A stretch of DNA of 64,000 nt from Hyphomicrobiales bacterium (GTDB lineage: Bacteria; Pseudomonadota; Alphaproteobacteria; Rhizobiales; UBA4765): the NCBI GenBank assembly GCA_965247525.1, contig OZ252015.1:1310210-1374209 (forward strand), read 5' to 3'. The position numbers and the translations under genes were made by a program. Below are positions 38,667 through 47,839 of the stretch, one piece after another. The notes beneath the pieces were generated by a model. That model ran no database searches, was not told the DNA's origin, and saw nothing but the letters and a program-made list of their open reading frames with translations. Numbering within the stretch: position 1 is the first letter of the stretch; every line of letters starts with the position of its first letter.

Positions 38667-39422
38667 ATGAAAGACAAATCGCTTTTCAACATCACGCTTT
38701 CCCTTGCCGATGATGCGCTGGTGCTGGGCCATCGCCTGTCAGAGTGGTGCGGGCAGGCGCATTCCCATGAAGAAGACCTTGCGCTCGCTAATATCGGTCT
38801 TGATCTCATCGGCCAGTCGCGCGCGCTCTATGCCTATGCGGCCGAGATTGAAGGGGCGAACCGCGACGAAGATACGTTGTGTTTTCACCGCGACGAAAGC
38901 GAATATAAAAACCTTCTGTTGTGCGAGCTGCCCAATGGCGATTTCGCCTTCACGATTTTTCGCCTGTTTACCTATTCGGTCTTCATGCAGGCCTATTGGC
39001 GCGCACTGGTGAGCAGCGGTGCGCCGCATCTGGCAGCGCTTGCCACGCGCGCCGACAAAGAGGTGGCCTATCATGTGAAACATGCAGCAAGCTGGATGCT
39101 GCGCCTTGGTCAGGGCACACCGGAAAGCCAGCGCCGCCTCGCAAACGCTGCGTTGCAATTGCAGCCATGGCTCAGCGAGCTGTTTGACATGGATGAGGAC
39201 GAAACAGGTCTTGCAAGCAAAGGCCTCGTGCCGGACCGCGGCGCGCTGCGCGCCGGATTTGACGACGCGCTTTTTGCCATGATGGCAGAGGCAGGACTGC
39301 CGCAGGCCAAAGTGGACTTTCACCAGAAGGGCGGCCGTATAGGCCGGCATACCGAACATCTTGGCTATCTTCTTGGCGAAATGCAGGTGCTGGCGCGCCG
39401 CCATCCGGATGCGCGATGGTAA
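38667..39422 (+). CDS. paaC: 1,2-phenylacetyl-CoA epoxidase subunit C
   Basis: LSLADDALVLGHRLSEW and position in the operon. Only one in-frame start is available after a TAA. Confidence 0.9.
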   Translation: MKDKSLFNITLSLADDALVLGHRLSEWCGQAHSHEEDLALANIGLDLIGQSRALYAYAAEIEGANRDEDTLCFHRDESEYKNLLLCELPNGDFAFTIFRLFTYSVFMQAYWRALVSSGAPHLAALATRADKEVAYHVKHAASWMLRLGQGTPESQRRLANAALQLQPWLSELFDMDEDETGLASKGLVPDRGALRAGFDDALFAMMAEAGLPQAKVDFHQKGGRIGRHTEHLGYLLGEMQVLARRHPDARW

Positions 39423-39871
39423 TCGACCTTGCCCACGCCCGCGCGATTGCGGCGCAGGTTCCCGACCCGGAAATCCCCGTCATCACCATCGCCGATCTTG
39501 GCATTTTGCGCGATGTGCGCAGTGAAGGCGGCGCACTCATTGTCTCAATCATTCCGACCTATTCGGGCTGTCCGGCGATGGATGTGATTTCCAGCGATAT
39601 CATTTCCGCTTTAAGCGATGCCGGATTTAAAAACACGAAGGTCGAAACAGTGATGTCGCCCGCCTGGTCAACCGATCTGATGAGCAAAGGGGCGCGCGCC
39701 AAGCTGAAAGAATTTGGCATTGCCCCGCCGCAAGTGGGCGATACACCGAAATGCCCATTGTGTGGTTCAGACCAAACGGAAAAACTGTCGCAATTTGGCT
39801 CGACGGCTTGTAAAGCTTTGTGGCGCTGCACCTCTTGCCGGGAGCCTTTTGATTACTTCAAGTGCCTTTAA
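39416..39871 (+). CDS. paaD: phenylacetate degradation protein PaaD (SufT-like plus C-terminal Cys cluster)
   Basis: PEIPVITIADLGILRDV and CPLCGS...CTSC. Overlaps the paaC stop. Confidence 0.88.
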   Translation: MVIDLAHARAIAAQVPDPEIPVITIADLGILRDVRSEGGALIVSIIPTYSGCPAMDVISSDIISALSDAGFKNTKVETVMSPAWSTDLMSKGARAKLKEFGIAPPQVGDTPKCPLCGSDQTEKLSQFGSTACKALWRCTSCREPFDYFKCL

Positions 39872-40969
39872 ATGACTGACCGCTCCCGTTTTTTCAATCT
39901 GCCGGTGATTGATATTCGCCCTGAAACGGCGGAATCAATTTCTGTCGCGCTGCGCGTGCCGGCCGATCTGGCAAAGCTTTTTTCATATGTGCACGGCCAG
40001 TATATCACCGTTGAAATCGAAAACGCCGGGGATCAGCTGCGCCGCCCATATTCGATTGCGTCCGGCCTTGATGATAATGAAATCCGTATCGGCGTGAAGC
40101 GCACCAATGGCGGACTGGTCTCAACATGGCTCAACGACAACTTGAAAATTGGCGACAATTTGCGCGTGATGCCGCCTCAAGGGCGCTTTACAGCGCCGCT
40201 GCAACCCGAAAGCGCGCGCAATCATCTGTTCGTTGCGGCGGGTTCAGGCATCACGCCGATTTTAGGAATTTTGCGCAGCGTGCTCGCGCGCGAACCTTTG
40301 AGCCGCTGCGTATTAATTTACGGCAACAGGCGGCAAAGCGACATCATGTTTTTAGAGACGATTGAGGACATGAAAAACATCTACCTTGATCGGCTAACGG
40401 TGTTTCATGTGCTGTCGCGCGAGCAGGGCGATGTGATGCTGCTGAACGGGCGCATCAATGCCGCGCGTGTCGCCAGCCTGATTGAAACGGTGATGCCCGC
40501 CGACAAGATCGACAATGCGTTTTTGTGTGGCCCCGGCACGATGCTCGATGATGTGCAGGCGGGGCTGCAAAAGCTTGGCATGCGGTCGGACACCATTCAC
40601 CGCGAAATCTTTACACCTGCGACGGGCAAACGCGGTCCGGCGATTGTTGTTGGCACGCCGCGCACAAACGCTTGCGTGAATACCGCCGATACAACCAATG
40701 CTGAACTGGTGCTTGATGGCCGGCGGCATTTCATCACCATTGCAAAAGATGAAACGATCATCGAAGCTGCGCAGCGCCAAGGCATTGATGCGCCGTTTGC
40801 CTGCAAAGGCGGCATGTGCTGCACCTGCCGCGCACAGATCGTCGAAGGCGAGGTCGAGATGGCGCAAAACTATTCATTGGAGCCGAGGGAGCTGCAAAAG
40901 GGATTTGTGCTGACCTGCCAGTCACGGCCAAAATCGGAAAAGCTGATTGTCGATTATGATGCTCGGTGA
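39872..40969 (+). CDS. paaE: 1,2-phenylacetyl-CoA epoxidase reductase subunit (FNR-like plus 2Fe-2S ferredoxin)
   Basis: RPYSIAS flavin motif, AAGSGITP NAD(P) motif, C-terminal CKGGMCCTCRAQIVEGEV. Confidence 0.9.
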   Translation: MTDRSRFFNLPVIDIRPETAESISVALRVPADLAKLFSYVHGQYITVEIENAGDQLRRPYSIASGLDDNEIRIGVKRTNGGLVSTWLNDNLKIGDNLRVMPPQGRFTAPLQPESARNHLFVAAGSGITPILGILRSVLAREPLSRCVLIYGNRRQSDIMFLETIEDMKNIYLDRLTVFHVLSREQGDVMLLNGRINAARVASLIETVMPADKIDNAFLCGPGTMLDDVQAGLQKLGMRSDTIHREIFTPATGKRGPAIVVGTPRTNACVNTADTTNAELVLDGRRHFITIAKDETIIEAAQRQGIDAPFACKGGMCCTCRAQIVEGEVEMAQNYSLEPRELQKGFVLTCQSRPKSEKLIVDYDAR

Positions 40970-40980
40970 GCGGCGTCTTG

Positions 40981-41005
40981 CGAATTGATCCAGTGGATCA
41001 ATTCG
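40981..41005. repeat. palindromic repeat family B copy 2 (CGAATTGATCCAgTGGATCAATTCG)
   Basis: 12-bp perfect inverted repeat 12 nt after the paaE stop. Shares the flanking cgtctt(t)tgc prefix and gag suffix with copy 1. Confidence 0.8.
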
Positions 41006-41058
41006 AGCCGCGAACGCATCGAGCCCTCGCGAGAGGCCTTCTTTTGCTGCAATGACAT

Positions 41059-41493
41059 TTAAGAGGCAAGCGCTTCACAAATAAAACCCTTCACCGTGCG
41101 GCCATGGCCGCGAAATTCGGCAATCACGGTTCCGTCGTTTTTTGTCACGGTGACATCGACGATATCTGAGCGCTCCAGTCTTGACCGCTCCACCGCTTTG
41201 GCAGTCAGCACATCATCAAGCTGCGCAGGGTTGAGATACGAAATATCGCAATGCGCCGCGACCACGCGTTGATTGCGCGAATTGGCGGCAAAGGCGAACG
41301 CGCTGTCGGCGAGGCTAAAAATAAAACCGCCATGGCAGGTACCGTGGCCATTGACCATGTCGCCCGTCACGCGCATGTCGAACACGGCTTCGCCCGGCGC
41401 TATTTTGACAAGCCTTATACCCAAAGCCTGTGAGGCCGGATCGTCACTCCATTGCTGTGCGGCGCAGGCCTCTGCCAGTTCCTGAGGCGTCAT
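41059..41493 (-). CDS. paaI: hydroxyphenylacetyl-CoA thioesterase
   Basis: Hot-dog thioesterase motif GTCHGGFIFSLADSAFAFA. Overlaps the paaG stop. Confidence 0.88.
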   Translation of the reverse strand: MTPQELAEACAAQQWSDDPASQALGIRLVKIAPGEAVFDMRVTGDMVNGHGTCHGGFIFSLADSAFAFAANSRNQRVVAAHCDISYLNPAQLDDVLTAKAVERSRLERSDIVDVTVTKNDGTVIAEFRGHGRTVKGFICEALAS

Positions 41494-42278
41494 GAACGCG
41501 CCGCATAGGCAGGTGTGCGCTTTTCAAAAAATGATTTTACGCCTTCGGCATAGTCTTGCGTTGCGCCAAGACGGCTTTGCTGCGTGCCCTCAAGCGCAAG
41601 TTGTTGCTCCAGTGTTTGATGCTCGCTTGCATCAAACAGATGGCGCAAAGTGACAAGCGCATCTGTCGGCAGGGCGGCAAGCTGCGTGGCCATCGCCTGT
41701 GCCTGCGTCATTAAATCATCATCGGCGACGGTTTTATAAATCATGCCCAGCCTTTCAGCCTCGGTAGCGCTGATCGCGTCCGACAAAGCCGCAATGCCAA
41801 ACGCCTTGCCGCGGCCGACGCTGCGCGGCAGCGTCCATGTGCCGCCGCTGTCGGGAATAAGGCCGATCTTGGAAAAAGACTGGATGAATTTGGCGTTTGT
41901 GCCCGCAATGACAATGTCACAAGCCAAAGCGATATTGGCGCCAGCCCCTGCAGCCGCGCCGTTGACGGCAGCAATCACCGGAAACGGCAGGCCTCGCAGC
42001 TTCATGATGAGAGGGTTGTAATAGTCACGAAGGGTGGTCGAGAGATCGACGCTGCCGGGTTTGCCAAGGCGGTCGCTTAAATCCTGACCCGTGCAAAACC
42101 CGCGCCCTGCACCCGTCAGGATCAGCGCGCGCACCGTTTTGTCGTCAATGGCGCTTTCCAGCACGGAGCGCAGCTCGCTATGCATTTCGGCGTTGAACGC
42201 GTTCAGCTTGTCGGGCCGGTTGAGGGTGACGACCGCCACCCCCTGCTGCACTGCGTAAAGAACTGTTGAATCTGTCAT
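41490..42278 (-). CDS. paaG: 2-(1,2-epoxy-1,2-dihydrophenyl)acetyl-CoA isomerase (crotonase fold)
   Basis: VTLNRPDKLNAF and GRGFCTGQDLSDR. The track start at 42329 is probably an extension. Confidence 0.85.
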   Translation of the reverse strand: MTDSTVLYAVQQGVAVVTLNRPDKLNAFNAEMHSELRSVLESAIDDKTVRALILTGAGRGFCTGQDLSDRLGKPGSVDLSTTLRDYYNPLIMKLRGLPFPVIAAVNGAAAGAGANIALACDIVIAGTNAKFIQSFSKIGLIPDSGGTWTLPRSVGRGKAFGIAALSDAISATEAERLGMIYKTVADDDLMTQAQAMATQLAALPTDALVTLRHLFDASEHQTLEQQLALEGTQQSRLGATQDYAEGVKSFFEKRTPAYAARS

Positions 42279-42353
42279 ATGCTTGCCACCCTTGCTGCGA
42301 TCAACTACCTCATTAGGGGACGCTGTCAATCAGCCCTTTTCAGGAGATCTGCC

Positions 42354-44051
42354 ATGGCGACTTCCGCTGCCAAGACCCTCATGTCGAACCGTGCCCTCCA
42401 ATTTTTGGAGCAGCATGCGATGCTGCTGGAGAATGCCCAAAAGGCGATCCTCACCCGCGGTTACTGGTCGGCCTATCCTGAAACAGCCTCAGGTAAAATT
42501 TATGGCGAAACGGCGAAAGCCGATGCCGAGTCCGCTTTTTCTGCTCTGCAAAATACCCCATTCAAAATGGATCACCCCTCAAACGGAGATGTTGGCGCGG
42601 AGACCTCGCCTTACGGGCGTGCACTTGGCATCACCTACCCAAAACTGACGACGAAAGAGCTGGTCGCGCATTCGCAAAAAGCCGGCACGCAATGGGCGCA
42701 GGTTCATTTTAATGAACGTGCCGGTGTTGCGCTTGAAATTCTCAATCGCCTCAACAAGCAGAGCTTTCTCATCGCCCATGCCGTGATGCACACATCAGGC
42801 CAAGCGTTTATGATGGCGTTTCAGGCGGGCGGCCCGCATGCGCAAGACCGCGGACTTGAGGCCGTCGCCTATGCCTATTCTGAACAAAGCCGCATTCCTG
42901 AGCATGCGACTTGGGAAAAGCCGACCGGCAAAGACACGGTTGTTGTGTTGCAAAAACAGTTTCGCATCATGCCACGCGGGGTCGCGCTTGTGATCGGCTG
43001 CGCGACATTCCCGACATGGAATTCCTATCCGGCTTTCTTTGCTTCGCTCGTCACCGGCAACACCGTCATTGTGAAACCGCACCCGCAGGCCATTTTGCCG
43101 CTTGCGCTCACGGTGAAAATTGCCCGCGAGGTTTTGAGCGAAGCGGGGTTTGACCCGAATATTGTTCTGCTTGCCGCAGATGAAAATGCGTCTCCGCTTA
43201 CCAAAGAATTGGCGCAGGCCGACGAGGTGAAAATCGTTGATTTTACCGGCTCCCCGCAATTTGGGAAATGGCTGCGCGAGACGCTCAAAGACAAGCAGCT
43301 TTACACAGAAGAGGCGGGCATTAATTCGGTGGTGATTGATTCCACTGACAATTTTAAAGGCATGGCCGCCAATCTTGCATTTTCACTCTCGCTTTACACG
43401 GGGCAGATGTGTACGGCGCCGCAAAATATTTTTATCCTGAAAGGCGGCATTCAGACCACTGACGGGCATAAAACATTTGATGAGGTGGCCGATGCAATCA
43501 AGACGGCAATCGACAAATTGCTCGCCGACCCTGATCGCGCGAGTGCCATTTTGGGCGCGGTGCAAAATCCGGCAACGGTGACGCGGGCGCTTGACGCGAG
43601 GCAGACAGGTAAAATGGTGCGGGAAGGTAGTGCGGTTGTGTTCGCAGGCCATGAAACCGCGCGGACAATGACCCCCTTATTGCTGGCGATCGAGGCGAAA
43701 GACCACAAGCTTTACAACCAGGAAAACTTTGGCCCCATCGCTTTTTTGATCGCGGTCGAAAACACGGCTGAGGCGATAGAGCTCGCTTCCGAAGGCGCGC
43801 GCAAGCAGGGCGCGATCACGGCCTCGCTTTATTCGACGAATGAAGATGTGATTTCAAAAGCGGGCATGGCGTTTGCGCAAGCGGGCGTTGCGCTTTCAAT
43901 CAATCTCACCGGCCATGTCTATGTGAACCAGTCGGCGGCGTTTTCTGATTATCATGTCAGCGGTGCAAATCCTGCGGGCAATGCCAGCCTGACCGACAGT
44001 GCTTTTGTCGCCAACCGCTTTCGGGTGGTGACAATCCGGCGGCAGGTGTAA
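42354..44051 (+). CDS. paaN: PaaN-type ring-opening aldehyde dehydrogenase
   Basis: About 565-aa aldehyde dehydrogenase with catalytic Cys region YTGQMCTAPQNIF. paa context. GGAG RBS before ATG 42354. Confidence 0.8.
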   Translation: MATSAAKTLMSNRALQFLEQHAMLLENAQKAILTRGYWSAYPETASGKIYGETAKADAESAFSALQNTPFKMDHPSNGDVGAETSPYGRALGITYPKLTTKELVAHSQKAGTQWAQVHFNERAGVALEILNRLNKQSFLIAHAVMHTSGQAFMMAFQAGGPHAQDRGLEAVAYAYSEQSRIPEHATWEKPTGKDTVVVLQKQFRIMPRGVALVIGCATFPTWNSYPAFFASLVTGNTVIVKPHPQAILPLALTVKIAREVLSEAGFDPNIVLLAADENASPLTKELAQADEVKIVDFTGSPQFGKWLRETLKDKQLYTEEAGINSVVIDSTDNFKGMAANLAFSLSLYTGQMCTAPQNIFILKGGIQTTDGHKTFDEVADAIKTAIDKLLADPDRASAILGAVQNPATVTRALDARQTGKMVREGSAVVFAGHETARTMTPLLLAIEAKDHKLYNQENFGPIAFLIAVENTAEAIELASEGARKQGAITASLYSTNEDVISKAGMAFAQAGVALSINLTGHVYVNQSAAFSDYHVSGANPAGNASLTDSAFVANRFRVVTIRRQV

Positions 44052-44068
44052 AAACTAAATACCCGCTC

Positions 44069-44098
44069 ACCCCTGCGAAAGCAGAGGTCTAATTTTTT
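44069..44098 (+). terminator. weak terminator-like hairpin with T-run (related to the 38594 hairpin motif)
   Basis: cacccCTGC-gaaa-GCAGaggtctaatttttt. The flank ccgctcRccccWgcgaaagcWgRgg also occurs at 38589-38613. Confidence 0.35.
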
Positions 44099-44120
44099 GA
44101 TTTAAAATTCTTTTGTTTAT

Positions 44121-44149
44121 GCGCCGTTCGGACAAGCCTCGGGCGCTGG
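44121..44149. repeat. short degenerate copy of repeat family A
   Basis: gcgccgttcggacaagcctcgggcgctgg resembles gcaccattcggcttgcgcctcgggtgcgc. Confidence 0.5.
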
Positions 44150-44174
44150 TAAGAATGAGTGGATTGGAATTGAT

Positions 44175-46220
44175 ATGACTACTCTTGTTTCAATCAGCAC
44201 GCAGGGCGATGTGGCGCTGGTTGTTATCAACCACCCGCCCGTCAATGCGTTGTCGCATCAACTGCGCAGTGCGCTTTATGAGGCGGTGCAGAAGATTGAA
44301 CGCTCGCCTGTGCGCGTCGCCATTTTGCTGTGCGAAGGCAAGACATTTATTGCCGGTGCCGATATTTCGGAATTTGGTCAGCCGCTCTTAAAACCAACCA
44401 ATCCTGATCTGATTGCCACTATTGAGGCGAGCACAAAGCTCTGGATTGCGGCGCTGCACGGCACGGTGCTTGGTGCGGGGCTTGAACTGGCGCTTGGCTG
44501 CGATGCGCGCCTCGCGCTTGCGTCAACGCAGCTCGGCTTTCCCGAAGTCACGCTGGGGCTTATTCCCGGCGCTGGCGGAACGCAGCGCCTTCCCCGTTTG
44601 ATCGGCCTTGCGCCTGCGCTCAACATCATCACCTCGGGCAAACGTCTTTCTGCACAACAGGCCAAAACAATGGGCCTCATTGATGCGGTGGTCGAGCATG
44701 ATCTTCGCGCCGCAGCGCTCGATTATGCTGCAACGCTCACGGCCAAACAAAGCCTTGCTGCACGAGTTACAGTCTCAGACCAGATCGCTCTTGGCGAGAC
44801 ACTGTCAGCCATTGTCAAAACGGCGCGCGGGCAGGTTGCGCCGGTTGAGGCCGCGCATGCGGTAATGCTGTCGACAGAATTGCCGCTGGCGGAGGGGATC
44901 AAGCAGGAGCGCGAGATTTTTGAAACACTGACACGCAGTGCGCAAAGCCGCGCTTTGCGCTACCAGTTTTTTGCGGAACGAGAAGCTGCAAAAATTCCAG
45001 CGCTTGAAAATGTGACCCCAACCAACATTACAACAGTTGGCATCGTCGGCGGCGGCACAATGGGCTGCGGAATTGCAATGGCCTGTCTTCAAAGCGGATT
45101 TTCGGTTGTGCTTGTCGACCAAAACGACGCCGCGCTGGCAAAGGCTTGGGCGTCGATTGATGCGGAGCTGCAAAAGGCAAAAGCGCGCGGCCTTTTGAAT
45201 ACGACGCCGGAATTGGCATTGGAGCATCTGGTCGCCAGCACGGACTTGAGCGAGTTGAAGCGCTGCGACCTTGTCATCGAAGCCGTGTATGAAGATATGG
45301 ACATTAAAAAGAGCCTGCTGGTACAGCTTGGCGCCATTCTTCCTGCGTCGACGCTTCTTGCCAGCAACACGTCTTATCTTGATATTGATGAATTGGCGCA
45401 GGCAAGTGCGCGTGCCGACAGGTTTTTGGGCCTGCACTTTTTTGCACCCGCGCAGATTATGAAACTGGTTGAAATCGTCGCGGGGAAAAAGACCGTGCCG
45501 CAAACGCTTGGCGCAGGGTTTGCGCTGGCCAAAGCGTTGCAAAAAACCGGCGTGCTGTCACACAACAGCGAAGGTTTTATCGGCAACCGGATTTGGCAGG
45601 CCTATCGCCGTGAGTGCGAATATCTTTTGGAAGACGGATCAAGCCCCTATGAGATTGATGCCGCCATGCAACAGTTTGGTTTTGCACTGGGGCCGTTTGC
45701 CGTTGCTGATATGTCGGGGCTCGATATTGCATGCGCACAGCGCCAGCGGCGCGCAGGCAAACGCCCTGATGGAGAGCGTTATGTCGAAATTCCTGACTTT
45801 CTTTGCGATGCGGGGCGCTTGGGGCGCAAAACCGGCAAAGGCTGGTATGATTACAAGGACGGCAAAGCAGTGCCTTCTGACGAAGTGCTCAACATCATTG
45901 TGCAGGAGCGTGCACGAAAAGGGTTCATCGCCGCGAGCCCTCGCGCCGATACGGTGCAGGCAAGGCTGCTGGCGGTAATTGTCAACGAGGCCAGCAAGCT
46001 TCTTGATGAACATGTGGCGCTGCGGGCGTCGGACATCGATGTTGTCATGGTCAAAGGCTATGGCTGGCCAAAATGGCGCGGCGGCCCTTTGTGCGAGGCA
46101 GATGAAATCGGGGTTGCAAACATGCTGCCGCTGTTGGTGCAACTCGCGGACAAAAACGGCCTGATCATTTCACAGATGTTGACAACGCGAGCCATGCAAA
46201 ATCTAAAATTTGTTGCTTGA
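44175..46220 (+). CDS. fused enoyl-CoA hydratase / 3-hydroxyacyl-CoA dehydrogenase (probably supplies the PaaF and PaaH steps)
   Basis: N-terminal crotonase (VALVVINHPPVNAL, GAGLELALGCD). Rossmann motif VGIVGGGTMGCGIA. 3-hydroxyacyl-CoA dehydrogenase C-terminal domains. Confidence 0.85.
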   Translation: MTTLVSISTQGDVALVVINHPPVNALSHQLRSALYEAVQKIERSPVRVAILLCEGKTFIAGADISEFGQPLLKPTNPDLIATIEASTKLWIAALHGTVLGAGLELALGCDARLALASTQLGFPEVTLGLIPGAGGTQRLPRLIGLAPALNIITSGKRLSAQQAKTMGLIDAVVEHDLRAAALDYAATLTAKQSLAARVTVSDQIALGETLSAIVKTARGQVAPVEAAHAVMLSTELPLAEGIKQEREIFETLTRSAQSRALRYQFFAEREAAKIPALENVTPTNITTVGIVGGGTMGCGIAMACLQSGFSVVLVDQNDAALAKAWASIDAELQKAKARGLLNTTPELALEHLVASTDLSELKRCDLVIEAVYEDMDIKKSLLVQLGAILPASTLLASNTSYLDIDELAQASARADRFLGLHFFAPAQIMKLVEIVAGKKTVPQTLGAGFALAKALQKTGVLSHNSEGFIGNRIWQAYRRECEYLLEDGSSPYEIDAAMQQFGFALGPFAVADMSGLDIACAQRQRRAGKRPDGERYVEIPDFLCDAGRLGRKTGKGWYDYKDGKAVPSDEVLNIIVQERARKGFIAASPRADTVQARLLAVIVNEASKLLDEHVALRASDIDVVMVKGYGWPKWRGGPLCEADEIGVANMLPLLVQLADKNGLIISQMLTTRAMQNLKFVA

Positions 46221-46224
46221 CGAC

Positions 46225-46256
46225 AAAACAGACCGGAATCGCTGCCGGTCTGTTTT
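46225..46256. terminator. bidirectional Rho-independent terminator between convergent genes
   Basis: aaaaCAGACCGG-aatcgctg-CCGGTCTGtttt. Confidence 0.8.
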
Positions 46257-46295
46257 GAGCCCACTCAATTTAAGGTGTCTGCTCTTAAAAAGAAT

Positions 46296-46652
46296 TTATC
46301 GGGGCTGAACGTCGTAATAGGCAAATGCGCTCTCACGTATTTGACCATCATTCTTGGTCAGCTCACTCAGTTCATAAACGGGCGCGCGCTCTAAAAGTTC
46401 CTTCGTGTAAGGAACTACATAGCCTTCTTTCTCTTTTTGAAAATCCAGAGATGACCATGGAATGGGATGATATTTTTCACCAATGCCGAGAATTCCGGCA
46501 AAGCCAACCACGGCGAAAAGAATGCGGTCTGAAAGTTTATCGAGGACAATATCTTCAATATGACCAATGGCTTCACCGCTGGTGTTGTAGACTTTTGTAC
46601 CGGTAACGCGGGACGCTTGAATGGCGCGCGTATGGCCTGCTGCTGTTGACAT
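46296..46652 (-). CDS. PRC-barrel domain protein
   Basis: VTGTKVYNTSGEAIGHIEDIVLDKLSDRILFAVVGFAG...YHPIPWSSL. Confidence 0.8.
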   Translation of the reverse strand: MSTAAGHTRAIQASRVTGTKVYNTSGEAIGHIEDIVLDKLSDRILFAVVGFAGILGIGEKYHPIPWSSLDFQKEKEGYVVPYTKELLERAPVYELSELTKNDGQIRESAFAYYDVQPR

Positions 46653-46713
46653 AAAATCACTCCTTGAAAATTTTGGGTTGTATCTAATTAACCAACAATA
46701 TGTGGGATTGTTC

Positions 46714-47784
46714 CTAGTTTTTGGCCAGCCTCGAATGAAGCAAAGCCAAGACAGCCGCCTCTTCGGCGCTCAGCTGTTTCAGGTTTTTCAGCTCGGCGCT
46801 GATTTTGGCTTTGATTTGCATCACGGGATCGCCGCCCAGATAGGCGTCGATAATTTCAGGATGGACATAACATTTGCGGCAGATGGTGGGCGTGTTTCCA
46901 AGGCGCGCCGCCACGGCCTCAATCGCTTGCCGCACATTTTTCTTGGCCGCTGCCGCGCTGTCGACATGCTCAAATTCATCGAGTGCGATGGCCGCAAGCA
47001 CGGTTCCCGCCCATGTTCTGAAATCTTTCGCAGTGATGTCGGCGCCGCTGATGTCTTTCAAATACGCATTTACATCGGAGGATGTGACATCGTGTACCTT
47101 TCCCCTTTCATCGACATAAGCGAAGAGGTTTTGCCCCGGCAGGTCTTGGCAATCGCGCACAATTTTGGCAATGCGCTTGTCGGTGTATTTCAAATCCCAT
47201 GACTTGCCGCTTTTACCCTTGAAACGAAATTGCAGTTTTGAGCCGCTGATATTGACGTGGCGATCGTGCAATGTTGTGAGGCCAAAGCTATTGTTGTCCT
47301 TGGCATAGCTGTCATTGCCGACGCGGATCAGCGTATGCTCCAGAAGTGAGATGACAGTTGCCAGAACCTTTTCACGGCACAATGTCCGCTTGCGCATATC
47401 GGCAGCGATTTTTTTGCGGATCTTGGGCAAGGCTTTTGCAAAGCCGAGCATGTGCTCAAACTTGGCACTGTCGCGGGACGCGCGAAAACCGGTATGGTAA
47501 CGATATTGCTTACGGCCTTTTGCGTCCGTACCTGTGGCCTGCAAATGGCCTTTTGCTTTGGCGCAGATCCAGACATCGTCCCATGCCGGTGGAATGACGA
47601 GCGCCTTGATGCGCGCTTTGGTCGCAGCGTCAGTGACAGGTTTGCCGCTTAACCCCGTATAGGTAAAGCTTTTTCCTTTGCGGTGGCGGTGAATGCCGCG
47701 CGTCGCATCATTGATATAAACAAGGCCTGCATCTTTGGCTGCATGTTTGGGGTCAGCAAGAGGCGTGGTTGAAGCAGACGGCAT
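46714..47784 (-). CDS. DNA topoisomerase IB (poxvirus-like bacterial type)
   Basis: RKQYRYH, LIRVGNDSYAKDNNSFGLTTL, FRFKGKSGK, TAKDFRTWAGT, and CRKCYVHP with the catalytic Tyr. Confidence 0.88.
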   Translation of the reverse strand: MPSASTTPLADPKHAAKDAGLVYINDATRGIHRHRKGKSFTYTGLSGKPVTDAATKARIKALVIPPAWDDVWICAKAKGHLQATGTDAKGRKQYRYHTGFRASRDSAKFEHMLGFAKALPKIRKKIAADMRKRTLCREKVLATVISLLEHTLIRVGNDSYAKDNNSFGLTTLHDRHVNISGSKLQFRFKGKSGKSWDLKYTDKRIAKIVRDCQDLPGQNLFAYVDERGKVHDVTSSDVNAYLKDISGADITAKDFRTWAGTVLAAIALDEFEHVDSAAAAKKNVRQAIEAVAARLGNTPTICRKCYVHPEIIDAYLGGDPVMQIKAKISAELKNLKQLSAEEAAVLALLHSRLAKN

Positions 47785-47839
47785 GCCAGTCTAAACCGCC
47801 AATGCGCTTCTCTGTTCCAGAATGATAAAATGCGGCCAG

